From: Octopus sinensis
Taxonomy: Eukaryota
Direction of reading: 5' to 3'
Length of the DNA: 64,000 nucleotides
Assembly (NCBI RefSeq): GCF_006345805.1
Contig: NC_043004.1
Coordinates: 39,184,001 to 39,248,000 of the forward strand
Positions 39,061-51,721 of the stretch are shown here, in pieces. The first letter of the stretch is position 1. Each line of letters begins with the position of its first letter. The notes under the pieces were generated by a model. The model had not been told where the DNA came from. It was given only the letters and a program-made list of their open reading frames with translations, and did no database searches. Both the position numbers and the translations under genes were made by a program.

Positions 39061-40231
39061 TGGATAATAATAACACCAATCTTTTGCACTTCTTGCAGGA
39101 ACGGAAAGCCAGGAAACGTCACACATTTTGAGAAGAGCATTGCCGCTCTGAGAAAGATTACCACCCATGTAAACATTTTTAATACTTGCTGTTGTTATTA
39201 TTAATTTCTTCTTTCAATTTTGCTTCCATTTCTTGCTGAGTATCTTCCCGACACCAAGGGCAAGGAAACTCACTGTATACTTTGATAGGCCATTAAAATA
39301 AACACACCAGATTGTTAATTTACAATATAATATACAATATCAAATAATGTTATGTGGAAATAAAATTACTATTGTTGTTGTTATTGTTATTATTAAAGCA
39401 GAGCTATTAACACTGTTAGCGTGTCGGGCTTATCGTTATTTCTTTCGGCACTTTACATTCTGAGTTTAAATTTTGTCAATGGGGGAGGAACTTTGCCTTT
39501 CATCCTAAGTGGGCGCGCTGAGCACTGGAAATCGACTTTCCACCCCTCAAAACCTTCCAGTGACGGAAAGGATTGTTGTTGTTATTATAATTATTTTTCG
39601 TTTATTCCTTCCATTTGAATACGAAAATTCGTATTAAAACGCCATTAGCCGAAAGCCTACCGTAACTTGCTGAAGGCTAAAAAGAAAATGCAATCAGATT
39701 TTGAAGAGGCAACAGACAAAAAGCAGATACAGCAATTGCAAGATGAAAGGCAACAATGGAAGCATCAAGAAGAATAAAAAGATTTTAATCACTCACTCAA
39801 TCAAAAAATTTAATTAATTAACTAAATAATTAATTAATAGAGCAGTGACTAGGGGGATAACACATCTGATACTGCTAATAGAAAAATTATGATTTCATAC
39901 CAATTTCCGCTATTGCTGCGCTTTCGCTTTAATCGGGAAGTTGAAAACACCTTACGTAACAAGTAACCACTAGTGATCATCACATTTGTTAAAAATAACA
40001 GTCAACTCTTCTGTATAAAAAACACCGTCGACGTACAAGAAGGATACAGTAAGAATTAATCCTAGATTCTAAACATAAGTAATAGGTCTGCATCCTAGAG
40101 TAGCTTCGTCAATTTAAAAACAACGGCAATAACCTGAAAATGGGTGGGAATGCATTATGGTTGCAACGTTCCCTAAAGTTGTGCAAGTGCTCAGGTATGG
40201 CGCGGGACTTTTTTTTGTTCTTTGTTTTTTT

Positions 40232-40615
40232 ATTCTTTTACTTGTTTGAGGCTCTTGACAGCGACCATGCTGGAGAACCGCCTTGAAGAATTATTTTCAG
40301 TCAATCAAACCGCCACCACTACGAATTTTTTGTCTGATTATTATTGTATCGATTTCATGTCTTATGGCACCTCTGGCTTATAGGGACGTAAACAAACCTA
40401 CACCAGTGAGAGAGAAACACAAACACATACACGCACATATATTCACAAACATACACATACACACACATATGTGAACATATATAAACTCAGGCTTTAGTAC
40501 AGTTTCAATCCATCGCATTCAGTCGTAAGGCATTGATCTCTCACAGAACTCACTTCCAGAAAGTGCCACGCGATGAAACTGAATTCGACACATTTTGGTT
40601 GCGAATTCTTGAGTA
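40232..40615 (-). mobile_element. SINE family A, old diverged copy
   Basis: ttttacttgttt...ccatgctggagaaccgcctt...gggacgtaaac; degenerate head near 40560-40615. Confidence 0.55.
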
Positions 40616-41397
40616 CACAACACTCTTCGTGCCTTCGCATTGCTAATATGTCACTTCTTCGTTGGTAGACTTATTCAGTCAACCGGTTCGAAACAGCCAT
40701 GCAGTGCTCGGGTGCCTTTAGTAGAGCAGGAACTGTTTCAATTATTTAAAACAGATGTTTTTCTTGAGAATGTTTCTCTTCCTTGTACTAGTTGCGAATG
40801 CCCCCACCGTGGACGCTGTTCTTCCAGTTCTAACTCTGTTATTATATATGCTGGTGTTGTTGTTGTTGTGTATGTGTGTTTATTTGTGTATATGTGTTGA
40901 TATATGTGTCTAGTGTGTGTGCGTATGTAAGTGTGTGCGTGCCTGCGCGCATGTGTGTGCGTGAATGACTGCAATCTGCATGAGGTAGTGGGACCCGGTT
41001 TGAGATCTCCAGGCTTTTGAGGATTGTGAAACCACCTGTTAGCTATTATTTGTTCCAGTACCTACTCTGACTTGTAGTAGGAGCACCGGTGAAGGTCCTA
41101 GCAATAGTTTAACTAAAATACTGACGAGTGACAGTGAAGGACACCTAGTTCTTTTCTAGAACTTCCTTCCAGCAAAAATTAACTGTAATTGTTTCTGTTC
41201 GTCTGAACTTCTGTTGCACTGAAAGGTAGTGTAAGCGCAGTGCAATACTTTATTCACTTAAAACAAACTCACGCAAAGGAACTTCTTGAACCCACGATTA
41301 TAAGTTGTTGCCTTGCACTGTCACTAGTCGACTTCCATTATACATGTTTCTATCTATACAGATAGATAGAAATATTCATATACATATGCATCTCTCT

Positions 41398-41432
<35 letters not shown>

Positions 41433-41438
<6 letters not shown>

Positions 41439-41749
41439 TGTTCACCGTTACCGACCAGGCTATCAGATGTTGTTACACATCGCTGGTCCCAATGCGCTTC
41501 GCATTGTTTTTAGCCTTCAAATGACGCCACCCCGCTGGCTAAGCGAGCAGGCCAACAGAAGAAAGAGTGAGAGAAAGTTGTGGCAAAAGAGTACAGCAGG
41601 GATCGCCCCCCCCCCTCGCCACCCCCCTCTGCCGGAGACGCGTGGAGCTTTTAGGTGTTTTCGCTCAATAAACACTCACAACACCCGGTCTGGGAATCGA
41701 AACCGTGGATCCTACGACCGCGAGTCCGCTGCCCTAACTACTGGCCTCC
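41433..41749 (-). mobile_element. SINE family C2
   Basis: Colinear with 16888-17190. Confidence 0.8.
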
Positions 41750-41790
41750 ACACACACACACACAACACACACACACACACACACACAACA

Positions 41791-41828
<38 letters not shown>

Positions 41829-41844
41829 CACCACACACACACAC

Positions 41845-41887
<43 letters not shown>

Positions 41888-41899
41888 ATATTATGTATG

Positions 41900-41947
<48 letters not shown>

Positions 41948-42431
41948 TGTGCGTTACATAAATTTTCGATCTGTCAATCAATACTCTTCGATGGTATTTG
42001 ACGCCTGACGAATCGAATCGCTCATATGAAATAACGAAAACTATGTAATAACGCATCATCTTATATTCTGCAATACACTGCGTACAAATGTATTGCGATG
42101 CTTTTGAAAACATATATCAGAAAAATTGAAGCGATAGCTTCCGATTCGCCTTTATTTGTTATTTTTTCACTATGTGATATGTGCAACAAGTGTTGCTCAA
42201 GAAAGTGAAGTTGAGGAGTGCCTAATATCCGATCTTAATTAACAAATTATGATCGGATCGTACTCTTTACTCTACTAAACGGATGATATACTAGGAATAT
42301 TCCTCAGTAATCCCCCGGAGTACCCTACTGACCAAATACACGTTGGAAAGCTACTGGGTTTATATAGACGATTATTGAGATTCCCAAATACACACACACA
42401 CATATATATATATATATCTATATATTATATA

Positions 42432-42471
<40 letters not shown>

Positions 42472-43211
42472 CATACATACATACATACATACATACATTA
42501 CATACATACATACATACATAAACATACCTACATACATATCTACATACTCAAACATACATACATACATACATTACATATACATACATACATATATGCATAT
42601 TGTGTGTGGATGTATCCATATAAAAATACATAATCACGCACATATACAGCGAATAGGAGAGTGGAAATTTATTCACATCCACAACTAGCCTTTTTTAATT
42701 GCTAAATTTTAGCAAAAATTATAGTAGCATACAGCGCTAGTGGGTTAAACAGTTTCCATGTAAACAATAGCAGCAATAGTAACCAGAATAATAATTATAG
42801 ATCAACAATTACCAACAATTTTAACAGGATAGAAACTATGGTTTGACAACCAAAAAATAGAAGCTACTCGAACAAACTCCTGTATGAACCTGGAAGTTGT
42901 AGATGTGAATATTAAAAAGCACAGTACTCAGAATGTAGTCTGTGGAGAAAGAGTAATTGCTTAGAAGATAGACAAAATTTAGAAATCATGTCTAGTAAAG
43001 TTGAAGCTGAAATCATTAATGGAAGTAGTAGAACTATCAAATGCGATTGTGCAAGGAACAGGGTCTGCCCGCTTAGTTGATGGTTTTCATTGGTGGTCAT
43101 CATGTATTACATATGGACGCGCACAAATGTATAAAATGTATTTGTTATATGTGTATATATATGAAAATAACGTTTTTTAAAACAATGCACACATTCTAAA
43201 ACGCACATATC

Positions 43212-43656
43212 GGACATTTTCGGTTTGAATGGCAGTTTTTAACATAATTTCTAGGTAACTAAAAAATGTTAAACATCGTATACTTGTAGAATGTGTCTAT
43301 AAAACATCTTTTTTTCTTGGCTTTATTGAGAAAATTCTATAGTTTGTAAGATATTTGTTGTTTTTTTTCTTCAGTTTCTGTAATTTCAACCAATCAGTGA
43401 CGTCTATTGAGCTGAAAACATTCTGTGCCGTATGAATATGTCCCTCGTTTAAGAAACAGATTGAGTTTATTTACATTTGTGAAGAAAAAAAGATACCTTC
43501 CACCCCACCCCTAACCCTAACCCTAACCCTACCCTAACTAACCCTAATCCTAAAACAAATTGAAACGCAATAGATCGATACTAGGGTCATAATTATGGGT
43601 GACAATTTCATATGACATTGCTAGAAAAAACTGCCGTTCAAACCGAAAAGAGATCC
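43212..43656 (-). mobile_element. Third copy of the Merlin-like MITE
   Basis: Same TIRs and interior, including (CCCTAA)n; no TSD evident in this copy. Confidence 0.75.
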
Positions 43657-44970
43657 CTTGAGTATTACTGTTGTAGGTCAATCAAAGCGTTAAAATAACT
43701 CCATTTTGGGAAAATTCTTCCCTGATTATCAGTTTAAAAATTAATATTTAAATAAAATTAATTCAATTTAATTTCTGTAATTGGACTAACTGTTATGGAA
43801 ACAGCTGTAGGGCTGGAATTTCATTATATGGACTTGAGTATCTTTGAATAAACTGATATCTGCATGTTATTTTCTCCATTTTCTTCCTTTTCTCATTCAT
43901 ATACAACATATATATTGTTTGTTTTTATATCTTGCTTTATATATAAAAACAACAAGTAACTGGAAGATAGCTACTTACATTTATCGCATTCATTATGTTT
44001 AACAGAAATATACCTGGTAAGTCTTCGTGCGTATTTGTGTGTTTATGTGTGTGTTTATGTGTGTGTTTGTGTTTGTTGCATAAATGTCATCATTTTTAGC
44101 TTGAAAATCTTTTATCGCTTCATAAATATCAAATGTATTAATTTTCAGTAAAATTCATTCAAATTCTGAATAATGCAACATATATCATGGTGGACAGAAA
44201 GTTATGCAATAATGTGAACAGAGAATTGTATCAATTAATGAATATGATAATTTGATTTATGAATTTTCCGATATAGATCACTCTGCAGTGTACATTTTCT
44301 ATATACTTAAATAAGCATGTCGCATTTTCTGGGTGCTTTTAACTGAACCCACTCACTTAAAAGCTTTTGAGGGATGAAACCAGGTTTGGAGAGTCCTTGC
44401 GCTTTCTTCTTCCCCAGTGACGAAGGTTTTATACGAACTAATGTTTCAATTGTTTCCCTCCGAACTATCCTTGATGGTGTGATTCTTATATACTATTCAA
44501 ATATAAATTCATAAATGTAATTGTATAGTTACGTAGGACACATTGAAACAGCTGTAAGAATGAATATTTCGAAATACCATCGTTATTGCTTCTAATGTAC
44601 TTTTAGATGTGATTTGCTCTGTTCATGTGTTGTTTTCTATTCCATAAATTATGCAGTATAGCTATAGGTTTGTGATATAGATATGGATATGTGATACGTC
44701 GGGTGTGATACGATATATTGAGCTGTAATATCTCTGACTAATCGTTATGTTTTTGCTTATGACTGCATACATCCATGGGTAATCGACGCATATGACATAT
44801 TTCTTCTCAATCCCAAATCATTATATCAAGTCTATTGTGTTAATATTTTATTAAGGTTTTCACTGGGACATTCCACCAAACGTACATATGTATGCATGTA
44901 TGTATGTATGTATGTATGTATGTATGTATGTATGTATGTATGTATGTATGTATGTATGTATGTATGTATG

Positions 44971-45547
44971 GAGATGTGTATGTATGAGAGGGTGTAATTC
45001 GGCAGGAGGACTTAAACGACATGCAAAGGTACATGAAGCCCAGTTACAACTACAGCCGGCTATTACCGGTAAAGGTTTTAGTTGCCAATTCTGTACAAGA
45101 CATTGTAGATCTTTAGCTGGGCTAAAAAGTCACATTCGATCACAGCACCGTAAACAGTTAAGCTTTGTGCAATGGCCATACTCGATAACGAAGGGGCAGC
45201 CATAATAATGTATGTATGTATGTATGTATGTATGTAGGTATGTATGTATGTATGTAGTATGTATGTATGTATGATGTATGTATGTATGTATGTATGTATG
45301 TATGTATGGAGTGTGTATGTATGAGAGGGTTGTAATTCGGCAGGAGGACTTAAACGACATGCAAAGGTTACATGAAGCCAGTTACAACTACAGCCGGCTA
45401 TTACGGTAAAAGGTTTTAGTTGCCAATTCTGTACAAGACATTGTAGATCTTTAGCTGGGCTAAAAAGTCACATTCGATCCCGCACCAGTAACAGTTAAGC
45501 TTTGTGCAATGGCCATACTCGATAACGAAGGGGCAGCCATAATAATG
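44971..45547 (+). mobile_element. Two tandem copies of a LINE 3' end encoding C2H2 zinc fingers, with (ATGT)n tails
   Basis: GCNSAGGLKRHAKVH...FSCQFCTRHCRSLAGLKSHIRSQH; units 44971-45210 and 45309-45547 differ mostly by 1-nt indels. Confidence 0.55.
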
Positions 45548-46108
45548 TATGTATGTATGTATGTATGTATGTATGTATGTATGTATGTATGTATGTATGT
45601 ATGTATGCATGTTACTGATATTGCTTTTAGCCTTTTGGTTGCGACAAGGATGGAGAGTAGCATTTACAGGATTTGGGGAGCATTATATTTCAATCTTATA
45701 CGTTTCTTTTTATCGCCTTATAATTTACATTTGGCAATGTTAATATTAGTACTTAACAACGACCCTGTTTTAATAAATATTGTTGTGCAAAAGACATAAA
45801 CAGTAATACGATTAGAAGGTCATACACGAATACATACACACACAAATTCAGAGGAGAGACTGGTAATTGTGTGCGTATGTTATTTCCGTTCTATAAAAGA
45901 GATGAATTGTCGGATTGGTGCTTCGTTAAACATATCATTAACGCCAGTTTCGTTTGCATTTTAACCTAAAGTTATAGATCTTTCGATAGTCAGGGAGTAG
46001 TGTGTTTTTTTTTTACTAGACCGTGTTTATATACATATAGGTATGTGTATGTATGCAAGTATTTACACAAACACGTGCACACACAGGCGTGCGCACGAAC
46101 AAACACAC

Positions 46109-46169
<61 letters not shown>

Positions 46170-46529
46170 CATACACAAGCACACAAACCTATATGTATAT
46201 AGCTGTAGCCGTATCAAGCGCATCAAACCAGCTGCAGGTTTCTGTTTTCCGAGAATGTACATATCTTATTTTGGTTTACAATTCGCTTTATTCTGTCGTT
46301 TGGATATAAGCTGTTAGTGTTTTGCGAATCAGAATAAAAATGAGCTTATCTACCATTCCTTTGAGATGTTTATGAATTTGTATTCGCAAATAGTTTGAAT
46401 ATATTATTTAGTTTTATCACTATAGATCTAATATTGAACATGTTCGCTCTATCCAACTGAAATAATGATTATCCTGAATTCTGTCTATGTTATGTTTGTT
46501 GCTATCTTATAAATAAATGCGATATTACG

Positions 46530-46710
46530 CAGTTCTATATTTAAGAGATGAGAAATTATGTACATTGACGGATATTTGTCCTCATCTTGTTTGTTGTTAA
46601 GACAACGTTTTGGGCTGATATACCTTCCAGCCTTCATCACGTGTCTTGCGGAAATTTCGAACCTGGATATTTTTGATGTTATTTCGAACCTAAGGTATTT
46701 TTCGATATTA

Positions 46711-46765
<55 letters not shown>

Positions 46766-46933
46766 GTTATTATCATTATTATTATTATAATTTAGGCCAC
46801 TGCTTGGAATCGAACTCGGAATCTTGGAGTTGGTAGTCTGCGCTCTTAAACACTATGCCCACGGGCATATAGCGTTGTCGTTAAGAGCGCGGGCTACTAA
46901 CCCCAAGATTCCGAGTTCGATTCCAGGCAGTGA

Positions 46934-47012
<79 letters not shown>

Positions 47013-47188
47013 CACCAACATCGAAAAAATACTTTAGGAATGAGAACCCAGGTTCGAAATTTCCCCTGATGAAGGCTGGAGTGTATATCAGCCGAAACGT
47101 TGTGTTAACAACAAACAAGATGAGGACAAATATCTGTAAATAGTGTAAATAATGTACATAATTCCTCATCTCTTAAATATAGAACTGT
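46530..47188. mobile_element. Head-to-head inverted pair of a tRNA-headed SINE (family D) whose 3' part carries a hammerhead motif
   Basis: Arms of about 330 bp around a 2-nt centre (46861-46862); B box GAGTTCGATTCC; internal (AAT)n; right arm CTGATGA(47066)-a-ggctg..cagcc-GAAAC(47094)-GT T-gtgtt. Confidence 0.75.
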
Positions 47189-48499
47189 GGAATTACCACA
47201 TTAGGATATATATATAAGTTGATAGCAACACCAAAGGAACTCTCCTTTTTGTTATAGGTCATTTTATGAGAATGACTTGTTTTCTAAATATTCAGTAATA
47301 TAAAAAGTTTGCTTCAGTAATCAATCAGAAATACTTCACAGATCAAGAAATTATTTTTAAATTTAATATATTACACAGACATTTCTCTGGGTTTATAAAG
47401 ATTTCCTTGGGCGCTATAAACTTTTCTAAAATTATCCTATATTAAAAAAAAAACTAAACAGTAGAATGAATATGGAGTTAATTACGATGAAAATATCAAA
47501 ACATGTATTCATTTAGAATAAAAATCAAAGCAGAGACCTACAAAGCTCTTTCATCTAACTTTATGGGTTTTCCAGGTAGGTTTTGTATGCCTTAATGGGA
47601 GTAGAGTTGGTTTACTCAAAACAACAAAGACTAAGAAATATACAATAATGTGGGTGTGTATGTGTCTGTGTATGTGTGTATGTGTATGTGTGTGCGAGAT
47701 TGCGTGCTTGTGTGTATGTTTTGTGTGTGTGGTGGGGTGTATGTGTGCGAGTAAAATTCCGCACAATTTCGTAAAGAGGTAAGCAATATTCAAATTATAT
47801 ACGTTCCAAATTTAAGATACTGAGAATCGACACCAGAACAAGTAGCTCACCCAAGTGAACAAGCCGTCATAGTTTGTAAAGTTTACGGACATCTTTAAGT
47901 GTTCAGTTTCCTCTGAAATACTTTATTGTATGCATGCATATACAGCTGCGTGCGTGCGAACATACACGCGAGTACTGTTCAAATCTCCGACCAATCACAT
48001 ACAGCTAGCTGGCATTCAATTGGCGTATCAAGTTTCGGGCATTTTGATTGCGTTTTGGATAGAAAATCCACCGAAAATCACTTTTATTGATTTTTTAAAG
48101 ATGTGCACGACCACCCTTGGACGGTTTTAAATGACCATAGAAAGTGCGAGACCTCTAACGGAAAAATATATATAAGAGATATACTAAATGAAAGTGTTAA
48201 TTTAAGATATTAAACATCTCAAAAATGCTGGAACATCTTACGAAGACTGTTCAATTGCGTTTCACACTTCACTGTGTGAATATCAATATAAGTGAATATA
48301 TTTATGATCAGGTCACAGCAGGGTAACAGTATAAAGTATGCATTTTGTACTAAACGACTAGGAAGCAAATAGGCAGATATGTGTCTGTCTGTATGTATGT
48401 ATACTCTAACGCATACTATACATACACATGGAAATACATGTGTGTGTGTATATATATGCATGTATATGTATGTATATATATATATGTATATACATATAT

Positions 48500-48691
48500 C
48501 AGACGCCATGATAGATCGTTAGCCACTACACACATTTTTTTCTCTCCTTGTTTTCTGTGTCCCTTTCTGTAGAAGAGCGTAGACTCGAAACGTAAAATAC
48601 TTTTTCTATTCCTGAGCGTTATACTAATACATCTGTTTGTTTTGTTCACCACCTGTCTTCGTCTTTTGTTGTTTTTTTCGTAAACTCTCCC
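48500..48691 (+). mobile_element. pLTR-like element with a degenerate minimal hammerhead
   Basis: ttt-CTGTAGA(48567)-a-gag cgtaga ctc-GAAAC(48587)-GT A-aaa, followed by ttcctgagcg; ends at TA repeats. Confidence 0.55.
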
Positions 48692-49316
48692 TATATATGT
48701 ATATATAATTGTGTGCGTGTGTGTGTATGTATGTATGTGTGTATGTATGTATGTATGTATGTATGTATGTATTATGTATGTATATTTAACTCTTACGTTA
48801 ATGTAAGATTAGCAAAAACGCATCTCATCGAATGAGAGATAAATATTTAACATAACCAGTGTAAAGAAACATGATACTAATAGCTTCTCGTTTAGAGACA
48901 CTCGCCCGGGCAGGTTTTTTTAACACGCCTTGTTTCTCCAAGCAATCTCTGGGCTCTGAGCAGAAAAATTCACGAGAAAAAAACGAAAAGGTCGTTGTAA
49001 AAATTAAAAGGGTAAATAAAAGTGTAAAGAGAAAAAAAAAAAAGAAAATTTGAGTTATGTCCCCTTCTACCGTAAAGCCATAATTAACCTATTTGTAGAT
49101 TATTTCAACCGAGATGGGTCCAAAGTTCTGCGAGACAGCTGCTCAATCTGGAGACGGATGTGTCCCCCAATTTGCCAAAAAAAAAAATAATAATAATAAA
49201 ATTTAAAAAAAAAACAAATTTGTCCATTTATTGCATTTGCTGAAAATTTTAGAACGTTGGAATACTTAGATCTGAAAAGTATAAGCGATATTTCAGCTAC
49301 TAATAAATTGCGTTTC

Positions 49317-49609
49317 TTAGATACATTGACATATGCCATGGGTGTCTCTGCGAGTCTGCACTTGATTATATATGGTGTGCAGTTGGACTTCAAACCCCCT
49401 TACGTGGCTAACCGACTGAACGACTTTACTTTGTCGATGTGCTGTACAGAAGATTGATGATTGTCTTTTGATATCGACTTCGTATAACCTTATGAGGTCA
49501 TCTTGAAGTGTTGCTGTGACGTCTGCCTCATTATCGACGGAGTTTATCATACACGCCTGGCCTCGTGGGGAAGTTTCGAGGTCGCGACAGTTACAACAGA
49601 GAGTGGGAT
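49317..49609 (-). CDS. Candidate terminal coding exon of an unknown Cys-containing protein (96 aa after a split codon, ending HGICQCI*)
   Basis: Pyrimidine-rich acceptor ttttcttaatctttactaAG at 49610-49611; non-repetitive open frame of 97 codons; AATAAA on the minus strand at 49227-49232; no homolog recognised. Confidence 0.3.
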
Positions 49610-49727
49610 CTTAGTAAAGATTAAGAAAATATATATAAAAAATATATATATAGGATATTCTAAAAGAGCATCAGTTAAAACGGAACTGTATATGGAACTA
49701 TATATCTTTGTGTATATATACATACAC

Positions 49728-49832
<105 letters not shown>

Positions 49833-49855
49833 TATATTTTTTTATTTTATAGAAG

Positions 49856-49908
49856 GAGCTTCTACAGGACTAGAACTGTTTCATTCAAAAGAAATCATCA
49901 GGAAGCTC
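49856..49908 (-). ncRNA. Complete type I hammerhead ribozyme (53 nt)
   Basis: GAGCUUC-CUGAUGA-UUUC UUUU GAAU-GAAA-CAG UUCUAGUC CUG-UA-GAAGCUC: 7-bp stem I, intact core, 4-bp stem III, GUA site; U10.1-U11.1 is non-canonical. Confidence 0.8.
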
Positions 49909-49987
49909 ATATATATGTATATATATATATGTACATACATACATAATACATGCATTCATACATACATACATGCATATATATATATGT

Positions 49988-50060
<73 letters not shown>

Positions 50061-50251
50061 CAGGCACTTCAAGAACTTTAGTCGAATATATCCATCCCAG
50101 CAGTTTTCTAAAATCTGGTACTTATTCTATCGTTCTGCTAAATTACAGGTACGTAAACACACCAACAACAGTAGTGAAGCGCAGTAGGGGCCAGACACAG
50201 ACAGACACAGAGACACACATATAGAAAAGTACAAACACATCTAACTGCCTG

Positions 50252-50290
<39 letters not shown>

Positions 50291-50301
50291 CTATCTATCT
50301 A

Positions 50302-50338
<37 letters not shown>

Positions 50339-50702
50339 ATCTATTATCTATCGTTCTCTCTCTCACTCTTTACATATATATATATATATGCATATATACA
50401 TACGTATATGTACATACTTACATCTATACGTATATATATGCATATGTGGGCACTGGACGTCATGAAATATGTACAACAAAAAGGTACGACGCACGAACGA
50501 CCCTTCATCAGTTGTTGGCTGTTTTTCTAGTCTCGTATTTCGAGCATTTCACAACAATATACGCTTTCGATAAAATAGTTCCTCGCATAAAGCAAATTAA
50601 ATGAAATTTGGGATTTTGCAGAGGGTCAAAATTGGTAACACAAACAGGACAGTGAAAACGAAGAGGAAGAACTGCTAAGCCTAAAGGGGGTTGTGGTGGC
50701 GA

Positions 50703-50725
50703 ATGTACATACATGCATACATACA

Positions 50726-50759
<34 letters not shown>

Positions 50760-51425
50760 CATACATACATACATACATACATACATACATACATGCATAC
50801 ATACATACATACATACATATATGCATGCATACATACATACATACATCATACATACATACATACATACATACATGCATACATACATATATACATACATACA
50901 TGCATACATACATGCATGCATACATACATACATACATACATACATGCATACATACATGCATACATACATACATACATACATACATACATGCATACATACA
51001 TACATACATACATATATACATACAACATACATACATACATGCATACATACATACATACATACATATATGCATGCATACATACATACATACACATCTACAT
51101 ACATACATACATACATGCATACATAATATACATACATACATGCATACATACATGCATGCATACATACATACATATATACATACATACATGCATACATACA
51201 ACATGCATACATAACATACATACTACATACATACATGCATACATACATATACATACATATATGCATGCATACATACATACATACATCATACATAATACAT
51301 ACATACATACATGCATACATACATATATACATACATACATGCATACATACATGCATGCATACATACATACATACATACATGCATATACATGCATACATAC
51401 ATACATACATACATACATACATGCA

Positions 51426-51459
<34 letters not shown>

Positions 51460-51721
51460 CATACATACATACATACATACATGCATACATACATACATAC
51501 ATACATATATGCATGCATACATACATACATACATCATACATACATACATACATACATACATGCATACATACATATATACATACATACATGCATACATACA
51601 TGCATGCATACATACATACATATATACATACATACATGCATACATACATACATGCATACATACATACATACATACATACATACATGCATACATACATACA
51701 TACATACATACATACATACAT
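50703..51721. repeat. About 1-kb (ACAT)n/(GCAT) microsatellite with higher-order periodicity
   Basis: The variant block atatatgcatgcatacatacatacatacatcatac recurs near 50820, 51260 and 51505. Confidence 0.85.

Noticed and set aside
44004-44020. Micro-exon candidate AG|AAATATACCTG|GTAAGT
   Set aside because: An equally plausible opposite-strand signal overlaps it; not testable without RNA data
46863-46937. Possible tRNA gene; also the tRNA-like heads at 23940, 16190-16267 and 62220
   Set aside because: No proper acceptor stem or complete cloverleaf, and each continues into a repeated SINE body, so they are SINE heads
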